Assembly: GCA_003220495.1 (NCBI GenBank)
Contig: QHSP01000016.1
Location: forward strand, 87,831-151,830
Source: Candidatus Rokuibacteriota bacterium
GTDB taxonomy: Bacteria > Methylomirabilota > Methylomirabilia > Rokubacteriales > CSP1-6
DNA: 64,000 nt
Direction of reading: 5' to 3'
Shown here: piece after piece, positions 27,506 to 37,321 of the stretch
Position numbering within the stretch: the first letter of the stretch is position 1
How the letters are laid out: each line of letters begins with the position of its first letter
Translations under genes and position numbers: made by a program
The notes under the pieces: model-generated
What the model was told of the DNA's origin: nothing
The model's input: the letters and a program-made list of their open reading frames with translations, nothing else
Databases searched by the model: none

Positions 27506-28723
27506 ATGCATCGACGCCAGTTCCTGACGACTGCAACGACCGGGGCGACCATCCTGGCCTTCCCCGCCGTGCTTCGGGCACAGAGCAAAGATCCGATCCG
27601 CATCGGCTTCCCCCTTCCGTTGACCGGCACGTTCGCCGCGATCGCCGCCGACATGCATCGGGGCGCCCAGCTCGCGATGGAGGAGCTGAACGCCAAGGGC
27701 GGCATCATGGGGCGCAAGGTCGACGTGATGTTCCGCGACGACGAGCTGAAGCCGGCCGTCGGAGCCCAGCGGACGAAGGAGCTCATCGAGAACCAGAAGG
27801 TCGACTTCGTCGTCGGCGGTCTCGCCGCGCACGTGCAGATGGCCATCAACGAGCAGACCAAGGCCGCCGGCAAGCTCTACATCTCGGTGAGCCAGTCCGA
27901 CGAGATCAGCGCCAAGCCCGACACGAGCCCGCTGACCTTCCACGAGGCGCTGAACCCGACGATCACCAGCCGGGCCGTCGCCACCTTCGGCGTCAAGGAA
28001 CTCGGCAAGAAGTGGTGGATCGTCTACGCCGACTACGCGTTCGGCAAACAGAACACCGCCGTCTTCACCGCGATCGCGCCCAAGCTCGGTGGCACCCTGC
28101 TCGGCAGCACGCCGTATCCGCTCGGCAAGCCCGAGTTCTCGGCGCACCTGCCGAAGATCCAGGCCGCCAAGCCCGACGTGATCTACGCCGTCACCCCGGG
28201 CGCCGACGCCGTCCCGTTCCTGAAGCAGGCGATCAGCTTCGGCCTGAAGAAGGACGCGAAGATCGTCGTGCCCCTGCACTTCCTCGACTACACCAAGGAG
28301 GGCGGCGCCGAGGTGTGGCAGGACATCTTCGGGGCGACCCACTTCTGCCACGAGCTGGCCGAGACCGTGCCGCAGGCCAAGCGCTACGTCGACGCCTACA
28401 CGAAGAAGTTCAACCGGCCGCCCGACTCGTACTCCGGCTATGGCTACAGCGGCATCATGGAAGTCGCCCGGGGCGTCGAGCTGGCGAAGTCGACCGACTC
28501 CAACGCGGTGGCCAACGCGCTCCGCAAGAACCGTGAGTACGACCACTACAAGGGCAAGCAGTGGTGGCGCGCCTGCGACAACAAGTCCTTCCAGGATCTC
28601 TGGATCCTCAAGGTCCGCTCGCCGCAGCAGGTGAAAGGCGAGTGGGGCTTCTTCGACATCGTCGGCAAAGTCGCGGCGAACGAAGAGCTCGACCGCACCT
28701 GCGCCGAAAAGGGATTCGCCTAG
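27506..28723 (+). CDS. Liv-type ABC transporter substrate-binding protein (Tat signal)
   Basis: MHRRQFL twin-arginine motif; IGFPLPLTG, NAKGGIMGR, DYAFG. Confidence 0.92.
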   Translation: MHRRQFLTTATTGATILAFPAVLRAQSKDPIRIGFPLPLTGTFAAIAADMHRGAQLAMEELNAKGGIMGRKVDVMFRDDELKPAVGAQRTKELIENQKVDFVVGGLAAHVQMAINEQTKAAGKLYISVSQSDEISAKPDTSPLTFHEALNPTITSRAVATFGVKELGKKWWIVYADYAFGKQNTAVFTAIAPKLGGTLLGSTPYPLGKPEFSAHLPKIQAAKPDVIYAVTPGADAVPFLKQAISFGLKKDAKIVVPLHFLDYTKEGGAEVWQDIFGATHFCHELAETVPQAKRYVDAYTKKFNRPPDSYSGYGYSGIMEVARGVELAKSTDSNAVANALRKNREYDHYKGKQWWRACDNKSFQDLWILKVRSPQQVKGEWGFFDIVGKVAANEELDRTCAEKGFA

Positions 28724-28727
28724 CCGC

Positions 28728-29612
28728 GTGTTCGACATCCCGTTGTCCGCGCTCGCCGCCCAGGCCTTCACCGGCCTCGTGCTGGGCGGGATCTTCGTCC
28801 TGATGGCCATCGGGCTCAGCCTGATCTTCGGGCTGATGACGGTGGTCAACTTCGCCCACGGATCGTTCTACATGCTGGGCGCGTACGTTGCCTTCTCGCT
28901 GATGGGGCTGACGAAGAGCTTCTGGGCGGCCCTGGTGCTGGCGCCGCTAGTCGTCGGAGCTCTCGGCTTCCTCGTCGAGCGCTTCCTCATCCGGCGGCTC
29001 TACGGGCGCAGCCCGGACGATCCGCTGTTGCTGACGTTCGGTCTGTCGCTGGCGATGGTCGAAGGCGCCAAGCTGATATGGGGAAAGATCGGTCTCCAGG
29101 TCGACCCACCCAAGCAGCTGGCGGCCGCCGTCAACCTGGGCTTCATGAATTTCCCGGTCTACCGGCTGTTCGTCATCGCCGTGACGGCCGCCGTGCTCGT
29201 GTCGCTCTGGCTCTTCCTCGAGAAGACCAGCATCGGGCTCATCATCCGTGCGGGCTCCCGGGACGCGCTGATGGTGCGGGCGCTGGGCGTGGATCTCAAT
29301 CGGGTCTGGCTGCTCGTCTTCGGGCTCGGCATCGCCATGGCCGGCCTGGCGGGAGTCCTCGCCGGCCCGATGCGCGGTGTCTACGCCGAGATGGGCGTCG
29401 AGATCATCATCGATTCCTTCGTGATCGTGGTCGTCGGTGGCATGGGAAGCCTGGCCGGGGCGATCATCGCCGGTCTGCTCATGGGGGAGATCGTCAGCCT
29501 CACGACGTTCTTCGCGCCCAAGCTCGCCGAGCTGATCATCTTCATCGTGATGGCGATCGTGCTGCTCGTCCGGCCGAGCGGACTCTTCGGCGAGGCGGGG
29601 TTGGCCGAGTGA
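28728..29612 (+). CDS. livH: Liv-type ABC permease
   Basis: GLSLIFG..VNFAHG, GLIIRA, VVVGGMGS, RPSGLFG. Confidence 0.9.
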   Translation: MFDIPLSALAAQAFTGLVLGGIFVLMAIGLSLIFGLMTVVNFAHGSFYMLGAYVAFSLMGLTKSFWAALVLAPLVVGALGFLVERFLIRRLYGRSPDDPLLLTFGLSLAMVEGAKLIWGKIGLQVDPPKQLAAAVNLGFMNFPVYRLFVIAVTAAVLVSLWLFLEKTSIGLIIRAGSRDALMVRALGVDLNRVWLLVFGLGIAMAGLAGVLAGPMRGVYAEMGVEIIIDSFVIVVVGGMGSLAGAIIAGLLMGEIVSLTTFFAPKLAELIIFIVMAIVLLVRPSGLFGEAGLAE

Positions 29613-30577
29613 TCCGGGCGGCCGCGTTCCGTCCGATCACGGCATGGGTGTCGGCCCATCCCGTGGCGTCCTTCGTCGTCTTCTTCGCCGCGTTCCCGTT
29701 TCTCGTGCCGTACCAGTCGCTCGCCACGCAGGTGTTGATCTTCGGCCTGTTCGCGCTGGGGTTCAATCTCCTCTACGGCTACACCGGGCTCCTCTCGTTC
29801 GGCCACGCCGCCTACTACGGGCTCGGCGCATACGGCGCGGGTATCGCGCTGGCCAAGGTCAAGGTGACCTCGCTGTGGCTCGCGCTCGGCATGGGCCTCA
29901 CGGCGGCGGTCATCGGCGGCGCGCTGGTCGGGTTCTTCTGCCTGCGGCGGCGCGGCATCTACTTCGCCATGCTGACCTTGGCCTTTGCGCAGATGCTCTA
30001 CTTCATCGCCTTCCACGCCGCGGACCTGACCGGCGGCGACGACGGGCTGCGGGGCATCCCGCTGCACCCCCTCGGACTGGCCGGCTGGTCCGTGTCGCTC
30101 CGCACCCCGCTGGCCTTCTACTTCTTCGCCTACGCGCTCGTCGTGCTCGCGGTCGCCGCGCTCAAGCGGATCCTGGATTCGCCGTTCGGCGCGGTGCTGC
30201 AGGCGATCCGCGAGAACAGCGATCGAGCCGTGGCGTGCGGCTACGACATCAACCGGATCAAGCTCCTCTCGTTCGTCTTCTCGGCGCTCTTCACCGGGCT
30301 CGCTGGGGCGCTCGACGCGCTTCGGCTCACGGTCGTGCCCGTCGACTCGCTGTACTGGACGACCTCGGGCCAGGTGGTGATCATGACCTTGCTCGGCGGC
30401 GCGGGGACGTTCTTCGGACCGTTCGTGGGTGCGGCCACCTTCCTGATCCTCGCCGACCGTCTGAGCCTCGTCATCGAGGCCTGGCCGCTCGTGATCGGCG
30501 TCATTTTCATGGCGTTCGTCCTGTTCCTCCCGCGCGGGATATGGGGCACGCTGGTGGCTCGCGGGGTCGAGCGATGA
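29609..30577 (+). CDS. livM: Liv-type ABC permease
   Basis: GYTGLLSFGHA, YFAMLTLAF, TGGDDG, SPFG..LQAIREN, LLGG.GTF. Confidence 0.9.
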   Translation: MIRAAAFRPITAWVSAHPVASFVVFFAAFPFLVPYQSLATQVLIFGLFALGFNLLYGYTGLLSFGHAAYYGLGAYGAGIALAKVKVTSLWLALGMGLTAAVIGGALVGFFCLRRRGIYFAMLTLAFAQMLYFIAFHAADLTGGDDGLRGIPLHPLGLAGWSVSLRTPLAFYFFAYALVVLAVAALKRILDSPFGAVLQAIRENSDRAVACGYDINRIKLLSFVFSALFTGLAGALDALRLTVVPVDSLYWTTSGQVVIMTLLGGAGTFFGPFVGAATFLILADRLSLVIEAWPLVIGVIFMAFVLFLPRGIWGTLVARGVER

Positions 30578-31761
30578 AGGAGGTCCAGCGCGCGGTCGTC
30601 GAGCGCGCCGAGCGGCTGACGCGCGAGCGCATCGCGCCACGGGCCGGCGAGTACGACGCCGCCGCGGCCAATCCGGTCGAGAGCTGGCGCGACCTCTGGC
30701 GCGAGGGGCTCCTCGCCGGCGCGATCCCCGAGAGCGAGGGCGGTCTCGGGCTCGACATGGCGACGTACATCGCGGTCATTCGCACGATCGCCCGCGGCTG
30801 TGCCAGCACCGCGATGACCGTCCACATGCACTCGACGGTCATGCGATTCATCGATGCGGTCGGCAGCCCGGCGCAGAAGCGGCGCTACTTCGACGAGGTC
30901 GTGCGCCACGGCAAGCTCTTCGGTAGCTGGGGCAGCGAGCCCGCGGTGAGCCTGTCGCGCACCCTGCTCATGGAGACGGTGATCCGCCACGACGGCCGAG
31001 GCTTCGTGATCGATGGCGTCAAGCACTTCTGCACCATGGCCCTCGGCGCCTCGCACTACATGGTCTGGTGCGCGCTCGACGGCGGCACCGACATGGCGAA
31101 GTCGCTCCAGCTGGCGCTGGTGCCGGCGGACTCGCCGGGAATCACGACCGACGCCAGGTGGGACACGCTCGGAATGCGCGCGACCTTCAGTCCGTCCGTG
31201 ACGTTCGCCGGTGTCCGCGTACCGGAAGACGGGATGCTCGGCGATCCCGGCGTCGCGGTTCAGGTCGGCGTGATCGAGAGCTTCGCGCTCGGCTATGCCG
31301 CCGTCTACCTGGGCATCGCGGAGTCGGCGCTGGCCTTCGCGCTCGACTACGCGAAGAAGCGGATCGTGAAGCCCGAGAACATCGCGGTCGCGGCGGACCC
31401 GACCGTCCAGCGCCACGTGGGCGAGCTGGCGGCGCATCTCGACGCCGCCGGGCTCGTGCTGATCGACTCGGCGGCGCGCTGGGACGGCGCCGACCTCGCC
31501 GAGCTCGGCCCCCTCGCCAATCGGGCCAAGTATCTGGCCACGGAAGTCGGCCTGCACGTCACTTCGAAAGTCATCCAGGTCGTGGGTGGCCGCGGCGCCT
31601 ACAAGGACTTTCCCGCCGAGCGCGCCTTCCGCGATCTGAGGACCTGCACCTTGATGCCGCCGACCGTCGATCGCATGCTCGAGGCCATCGGCAAGAGTGC
31701 CTTGGGTCTCGACACGGCGATGTTCAACGTCTCCGGACGCAAGCCCGCCGCCGGACGCTGA
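30574..31761 (+). CDS. Acyl-CoA dehydrogenase-fold flavoprotein (possibly a monooxygenase)
   Basis: IPESEGGLG, GVKHFC, WDTLGMRAT, ERAFRD; ATGA coupling to livM. Confidence 0.85.
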   Translation: MKEVQRAVVERAERLTRERIAPRAGEYDAAAANPVESWRDLWREGLLAGAIPESEGGLGLDMATYIAVIRTIARGCASTAMTVHMHSTVMRFIDAVGSPAQKRRYFDEVVRHGKLFGSWGSEPAVSLSRTLLMETVIRHDGRGFVIDGVKHFCTMALGASHYMVWCALDGGTDMAKSLQLALVPADSPGITTDARWDTLGMRATFSPSVTFAGVRVPEDGMLGDPGVAVQVGVIESFALGYAAVYLGIAESALAFALDYAKKRIVKPENIAVAADPTVQRHVGELAAHLDAAGLVLIDSAARWDGADLAELGPLANRAKYLATEVGLHVTSKVIQVVGGRGAYKDFPAERAFRDLRTCTLMPPTVDRMLEAIGKSALGLDTAMFNVSGRKPAAGR

Positions 31762-31773
31762 TCCCGTTCAGAG

Positions 31774-31824
31774 GCGCACCTCGGCCGGCGGGGCCCCAGC
31801 CCCGCGACGGCCTGCCGTGCGCGC
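31774..31824 (-). repeat. Structured intergenic repeat family 1, copy C
   Basis: Reverse complement GCGCGCACGGCAGGCCGTCGCGGGGCTGGGGCCCCGCCGGCCGAGGTGCGC. Confidence 0.85.
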
Positions 31825-31911
31825 CGCCGCCCTCCGAAACAATTCGGTCGCCGGGTCCGTCCAATTGGCCAGAGGGGAAGGAGCGGTTGGCCCCCTCAGG
31901 AGGGACCGACA

Positions 31912-32313
31912 ATGAAAAAGACCATTATTTTCGCGAGCTTGTTGGCGCTACTCATCCCCGGCACTGCGTTCGCGGGTTCTTCGACCGACGCGGCGCTCGG
32001 GCTCGGCGCCTTCGCCGTCTTCAACCAGATCATCTCCGGGACCGGCGTCTTCGGCGTGTTCGCGCCGGCGCCTCGACCGGTCTACCTGCCGGCACCTCCG
32101 CCGCCCGTGGCGCCGCCGGTGGTCGTGCAGCCGCAGTACTACCCGGTCTACGTGCCGGCGCCGGTCTACCACGCGCCGGTTCACTATCGGCCCGTCTACC
32201 GCGCGCCGGCGCGCGTGGTCGTGATCGAGAAGCGCGTCGTCGTCGCACCGCGCCACGGCTTCATCCCGCCCGGCCACACCCGTAACGGCCACCCGGGCCG
32301 CGGCTGGCGTTAG
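31912..32313 (+). CDS. Small Pro/Val/Tyr-rich exported hypothetical protein
   Basis: AGGAGG RBS, signal peptide MKKTII...AFA, PVY repeats, C-terminal PPGH. Confidence 0.75.
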   Translation: MKKTIIFASLLALLIPGTAFAGSSTDAALGLGAFAVFNQIISGTGVFGVFAPAPRPVYLPAPPPPVAPPVVVQPQYYPVYVPAPVYHAPVHYRPVYRAPARVVVIEKRVVVAPRHGFIPPGHTRNGHPGRGWR

Positions 32314-32344
32314 GTCTTCGACTTCGTCCGCCGGGACGCCGACC

Positions 32345-33055
32345 TCAGATTTCGAGGAAGCGCTGCTGAATGGTCGGGTCCCGGCGGAGCTGTTCGGGAG
32401 TGCCCTCGAACTGGATCTGCCCCTGATCCATCACGTACACGCGGTGCGACAGAGCGAGCGCGACTTCGAGGGTCTGCTCGACCAGCAGGATCGTCGTGCC
32501 CCGCTTGTTGATCGCGGACAGGATTTCCGTGAGGTTCTGCACGAGGAGCGGCGCGAGCCCTTCGGTCGGCTCGTCCACGAGCATGACGGCCGGGTGGCTC
32601 ACGAGCCCCCGCGCGATCGCGAGCATCTGCTGCTCGCCGCCCGAGAGGAACCGGCCGCGGTGCGCGATGCGCTCGCGGAGCCGCGGAAAGTAGCCGAAGA
32701 CTTCCTCCAGCGCGTCGGTGCCGTCACGGTGCGTCGGGCCGCCGAGCATGCCGAGCCGGAGATTCTCCAGCACGGTGAGGTTCGGCAGCACGCGACGCTC
32801 CTCGGGAATCCACGCGATGCCCCGACGCGCGATCTCGTGGGTGCCGAGCCCCGTGATGTCTTCGCCGCGCAGCCGGACGTGGCCGCGCCGGGCCCGCACG
32901 ATGCCCATGATCGACCGCAAGGTCGTCGTCTTGCCGGCGCCGTTGCGTCCGATGAGCGTGACGACCTCGCGCTCGCCGACCGTCAGCGACACGCCTTGCA
33001 AGATGTGGGCTTCGCCGTAGTAGGTGTGGACGTCGTCGAGGGTGAGCAGGCTCAC
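32345..33055 (-). CDS. livF: Liv-type ABC ATPase
   Basis: GRNGAGKTT, LSGGEQQMLAIAR, DEPTEGL. Confidence 0.92.
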   Translation of the reverse strand: MSLLTLDDVHTYYGEAHILQGVSLTVGEREVVTLIGRNGAGKTTTLRSIMGIVRARRGHVRLRGEDITGLGTHEIARRGIAWIPEERRVLPNLTVLENLRLGMLGGPTHRDGTDALEEVFGYFPRLRERIAHRGRFLSGGEQQMLAIARGLVSHPAVMLVDEPTEGLAPLLVQNLTEILSAINKRGTTILLVEQTLEVALALSHRVYVMDQGQIQFEGTPEQLRRDPTIQQRFLEI

Positions 33056-33801
33056 CGGGTGGCTCCCAGATAGGTCTGCTGCACCCGGGTATTGGTGCGA
33101 ATCTCCTCCGGCGTTCCATCCGCGAGCACCTGGCCCTGGTGGAGCACGGTGATCCGGTCGGAGATCCCCATCACCACCTTCATCTTGTGCTCGACCAGCA
33201 CCACCGTGCGCCCGGTCGCGAGCTCGCGAATGAGCCGCATCGTGGCGTCGGTCTCCTCCGGGCTCATGCCCGCGGTCGGCTCGTCGAGCAATAACAAGAT
33301 CGGATCGGACGCGAGCGCGATGCCGAGCTCGAGATGTCGCTTCTCGCCGTGCGAGAGGTGCGCGGCGAGCAAGTTGGTCTTGGTCCCGAGCCCGACGGAC
33401 GTCAGGATGGCGACCGCACGGTCCCTCACCTCCGTGAGGTGATCGGCGCGCGACCAGAAGTTGAAGGACCGCGCGTAGCCCTGCACCGCGACGCGCACGT
33501 TCTCGAGCACGCTCAGATGCGGGAAGACGTTCGTGATCTGATACGACTTGGCGATGCCGAGCCGCGCAGTCGCGTGCTGCGGCACCCCCGTGATGTCGGC
33601 GCCGTTGAACCAGATGCGGCCCGAGGTCGGCATCGTCTCGCCGGAGATCAGGCGAAAGAAGGTGGTCTTGCCGGCGCCGTTGGGCCCGATGATCGAGCGC
33701 AGCTCGCCGCGCTGGACGCTCACGTCCACGTCCGACACCGCCAGCAAGCTGCCGTACGCGCGCGTGAGGCGCTCGGTGCGCAGCAGGACGGCGTCGGGCA
33801 T
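33052..33801 (-). CDS. livG: Liv-type ABC ATPase
   Basis: [32 protein letters not shown] promoter at 33836-33831 supports ATG 33801. Confidence 0.92.
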   Translation of the reverse strand: MPDAVLLRTERLTRAYGSLLAVSDVDVSVQRGELRSIIGPNGAGKTTFFRLISGETMPTSGRIWFNGADITGVPQHATARLGIAKSYQITNVFPHLSVLENVRVAVQGYARSFNFWSRADHLTEVRDRAVAILTSVGLGTKTNLLAAHLSHGEKRHLELGIALASDPILLLLDEPTAGMSPEETDATMRLIRELATGRTVVLVEHKMKVVMGISDRITVLHQGQVLADGTPEEIRTNTRVQQTYLGATR

Positions 33802-33868
33802 AGCGCGAGATAGCACGCGGGCTTTTGCCGTGTCAAGGCGCCGAGCTGTGCTATCGTGCCGCGCGGAC

Positions 33869-34825
33869 ATGACCCCTCACGTGGTGCCGCAGCGCTGGAA
33901 GAGCGGGATGATCGAAATCGGAGCCAAGATCTTTGCCTACGTGCAGGCCTCGGGGATCGATCCGACCGGGGACACCGGCGTCGCCAACTCCGGGTTGATC
34001 ATCGGGCCTTCGGCGGCGGTCGCGGTGGACGCGTTGATGGTTCCGTCGATGACGAAACGGCTCGTGACGGCCATCAAGAAGACGACGCGCAAGCCGGTCG
34101 CCCAGCTCATCAACACGCACCATCACCTCGACCACACCGGCGGCAACCGGTTCTTCCGCGGCGCGACGATCGTCGCGACCGAGAAGTGCCGCGCGGCGCT
34201 CGCTCCGGGGTTTCCGCCGGTGGATCTGCTGCAGCGGTTCATGCCCAAGTTCGCCGCGGAGTTCCCGAAGCTCCGGGTGGCCCTGCCGACGGTGACCTTC
34301 GAGGACCGGATGGTCCTGTACGACGGCGAGCGAGAGATCCAGCTCTGGCACCCGGGCTTCGCCGCGCACACCGTCGGAGACGCCACCGCCTACCTGCCGA
34401 AAGAACGGATCCTGTTCGCGGGTGACATCGCGTTCCTCTACGTCACGCCCCTGGCCTTTCAGGGCCACGTCGGCAACTGGATCAAGGCCGCCGACCGTCT
34501 GCTGCGCTTCGACGCCGACGTGATCGTGCCGGGCCACGGACCCATCGGCACCAAGAAAGACTTGAAGCACATGCGCGACTACCTCGCGCTGGTGCGCCGC
34601 GAGGCAAAGCAGCGGTTCGACGCCGGCATGCCGGCGGAGGCGGCGGCCGCCGACATCAAGCTCGGCGTGTACGCGTCGTGGAGCGACCCCGAGCGGATCT
34701 TGCCGAACGTGATGCGCTGCTACCAGGAATTCCGCGACGAGCTGGATCGGCCGATGGATCTGCCGCGGATGCTCGCGGGGATGGAACGGCTGCGCGGGGC
34801 GGCGTCGCCCCACGCGTGCGTCTAG
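33869..34825 (+). CDS. MBL-fold metallo-hydrolase (cyclase-like)
   Basis: ANSGLI, INTHHHLDHTGGN, AHTVGD, FAGD, VPGHG. Confidence 0.9.
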   Translation: MTPHVVPQRWKSGMIEIGAKIFAYVQASGIDPTGDTGVANSGLIIGPSAAVAVDALMVPSMTKRLVTAIKKTTRKPVAQLINTHHHLDHTGGNRFFRGATIVATEKCRAALAPGFPPVDLLQRFMPKFAAEFPKLRVALPTVTFEDRMVLYDGEREIQLWHPGFAAHTVGDATAYLPKERILFAGDIAFLYVTPLAFQGHVGNWIKAADRLLRFDADVIVPGHGPIGTKKDLKHMRDYLALVRREAKQRFDAGMPAEAAAADIKLGVYASWSDPERILPNVMRCYQEFRDELDRPMDLPRMLAGMERLRGAASPHACV

Positions 34826-35847
34826 CGCCGGCCGGACAGCTCCTTGCGCACCAGCGCGGCGCCGGCGGCCAGCGCCGCGAGCTTCTGGTTACACATGTAG
34901 CGGGGCGACCAGCCGAAGCCGCAGTCGGGATTCACGGTCAGCTTCTCCGCGGGGCACACCTGGAGCACGCGCCGGATCCGCGACGCCACCTCGTCGACGG
35001 TGTCCTGGTTGAACCCTTTCACGTCGATCACGCCCGCGCCGAGCTCGCGTCCCTCGCCGTAGCGCTTCCAGAGATCGACCTCGCTGAGCTCGCGGCCGGC
35101 GAACTCGAGCACGAACTGGTCGGCGTGCGCCTTGAGGAGCCCGGGGAAGTACGCCTCGTACGAGCGGCTGAAGCGCGAGCGGCCGAAACGATTGCCGAAG
35201 CAGATGTGGAAGGCGAGCTTCACGTTGATGCCCGAGGTCGCCAGATTGAAGAGTCGGGCCATCTCTTCGCCGGAGACGTTGCCGCGGGCGGGCTCATCCA
35301 GCTGGATGAAGTCCGCGCCGGCCGCGACGAGCCCCCGGAGCTCGGCGTTGATGACCTCGGCGAAGCGCTCCGCGACGTCGACGACGCCCTTGTAGATCGT
35401 GCCCGGATGAATTCGCGAGCCGAATGTCAGCGGGCCGGCGCAGGTCGCCTTGGTGTGGCTCGCCGTATGCGATCGGAGGTACTCGAACTCCTTGACGATG
35501 CCGAGCCCTCCGCTCGGCGTCTCGATGCGGCCGACCGCCTCGTAGCGCGTCTGCTGATCGTAGCCCCACGGACCGGCCTTGCGGCGGACGGGCAGGGGCT
35601 CGATACCCTTGATGATCGCGTAGTACGAGTCGACGTACCCGTCCAGCCGGCGGACCTCGCCGTCGGTGATGATGTCGATGCCCGCCCTTTCCATGTCCCG
35701 GATGGCGGTGTTGGCGGCGTCGTCGAACATCTCCTCCATGTCGCCCGGGCCGAAGTCGCCCTGCTCGAGCGCCTTGACGGAGGCGAACCACCAGCTCGGT
35801 TTTCCGTGGGAGCCGACGACCGCGGTCGGGATCAAGGGCAGCGTCAT
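34822..35847 (-). CDS. Cobalamin-independent methionine synthase II family (core-only MetE-like)
   Basis: TAVVGS, TDGEVRR, IQLDEP, HICFGN, VLE, NPDCG Zn ligands. Confidence 0.9.
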   Translation of the reverse strand: MTLPLIPTAVVGSHGKPSWWFASVKALEQGDFGPGDMEEMFDDAANTAIRDMERAGIDIITDGEVRRLDGYVDSYYAIIKGIEPLPVRRKAGPWGYDQQTRYEAVGRIETPSGGLGIVKEFEYLRSHTASHTKATCAGPLTFGSRIHPGTIYKGVVDVAERFAEVINAELRGLVAAGADFIQLDEPARGNVSGEEMARLFNLATSGINVKLAFHICFGNRFGRSRFSRSYEAYFPGLLKAHADQFVLEFAGRELSEVDLWKRYGEGRELGAGVIDVKGFNQDTVDEVASRIRRVLQVCPAEKLTVNPDCGFGWSPRYMCNQKLAALAAGAALVRKELSGRR

Positions 35848-36554
35848 CGTGAACGTCCTCCGATTATCCGCGAAACGCTCGCGTCACGCCAGGCATCCTC
35901 CGGCCGGCCGCCGAAGATGATCTCGCCGCGCTCGATGACGTAGAGCCGGGTCGTGTATTCGGGCACGTGGTGGATGTTGGACTCGGCGATGAGGATCGCG
36001 CGGCCCAGGCCGGTGATCGTCGCGATGCCGGCGCTCACCGCGGGAATGATCGCGGGCGACAGGCCCTCGAACGGCTCGTCGAGGAGCAGCATCTCCGGGT
36101 CGAGCGCCAGCGCGCGCGCGATCGAGAGCATCTTGCGCTCGCCGCCGCTCATCTCGGGGCCCTTGCGCGCGGCGTAGCGGCGGAGCGCCGGAAAGACGTC
36201 GTACGCTTGCGCGATGCGCTCGGCGGCTGACCGGCCGCCCGGCCGCGTCCACGTCGCAATCTCGATGTTCTCGGCGACGGTGAGGTCCGAGAAGATGCCG
36301 GAGTCTTCCGGCGCCCAGCCGAGCCCCAGCCGGGCGATCTCGTGTGTGCGCCGACGGTGAATGGGTCGGCCGTGGAACTCGACCGCGCCGGCCCGCGGAC
36401 TGAGGTAGCCCATGACCGTCCTGAGGGTCGTCGTCTTGCCCGAGCCGTTGCGCCCCACGAGGCAGACCACCTCGCGCGCGCCGACCTCGAGTGACACGCC
36501 GCGCAGGATCTGACTGGTCTGGATGAAGACGTCGACCCCGGCCAGGCTCAGCAC
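35844..36554 (-). CDS. livF: Liv-type ABC ATPase
   Basis: GRNGSGKTT, MSGGERKML, LDEPFEGL. Confidence 0.9.
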   Translation of the reverse strand: MLSLAGVDVFIQTSQILRGVSLEVGAREVVCLVGRNGSGKTTTLRTVMGYLSPRAGAVEFHGRPIHRRRTHEIARLGLGWAPEDSGIFSDLTVAENIEIATWTRPGGRSAAERIAQAYDVFPALRRYAARKGPEMSGGERKMLSIARALALDPEMLLLDEPFEGLSPAIIPAVSAGIATITGLGRAILIAESNIHHVPEYTTRLYVIERGEIIFGGRPEDAWRDASVSRIIGGRSR

Positions 36555-37321
36555 GAGGGCGTCCCCGGCGCGACGGCCTTGCGGCCGATGACGGTGTCCA
36601 TCACGCGCTGGTCAGCCAGGATCGTCGCCGGCGGCCCGTCGGCCAGGACCTTCCCCTGATGCAGCGCGATGATGCGGTCCGAGTACGCGAACACGATGTC
36701 CATGTCGTGCTCGACCTGGACGATGGCGCGAAGCCCGATTCGCCGCGACGCCGTCACCAGGGTGTCCATGATCGCGGTCTTGTCCGCCGTGCTCACTCCC
36801 GACGTCGGCTCGTCGAGCAGGATGATCTCCGGCCTCAGCGCGAACGCGGAGGCGATGTCCAGGAGCTTCTTGTCTCCCTGCGGCAGCTGCCGGGCCGGAG
36901 TGTGCCGCTTGTCGCCGAGCCCGAACAGTTCGGCGACCTCCAGCGCGTCCGACTGCACCTCGCGGTCCCGCGCGAGCGATGCGAAGAGCCGCGTCGCGCG
37001 TCCGAGCCGCGCCACGACGGCGGCCTGCAGGGTCTCGAGGACCGTGAGATCGGGAAAGACCTGGACGAGCTGAAACGAGCGGGCCATGCCGAGCCGGGCC
37101 AGGCGCACCGGGCCGGCGCCGCCGACCTCGCGGTCCTTGAACCGGACCTTGCCGGCGCTCGGCCGCGTGACGCCGGTGAGGATGTTGATCAGGGTCGACT
37201 TGCCGGCGCCGTTGGGCCCGACGATCGAGACGAACTCACCCGTGTCGACCGCGAGGCTCACGCCGTCGAGCGCGCAGAACTCTCCGTAGAGCTTCCGGAG
37301 CCCGTCGGCCTGGAGGATCAC
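36548..37321 (-). CDS. livG: Liv-type ABC ATPase
   Basis: GPNGAGKST, LPQGDKK, LDEPTSG, VEHDM. Confidence 0.9.
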   Translation of the reverse strand: MILQADGLRKLYGEFCALDGVSLAVDTGEFVSIVGPNGAGKSTLINILTGVTRPSAGKVRFKDREVGGAGPVRLARLGMARSFQLVQVFPDLTVLETLQAAVVARLGRATRLFASLARDREVQSDALEVAELFGLGDKRHTPARQLPQGDKKLLDIASAFALRPEIILLDEPTSGVSTADKTAIMDTLVTASRRIGLRAIVQVEHDMDIVFAYSDRIIALHQGKVLADGPPATILADQRVMDTVIGRKAVAPGTPSC

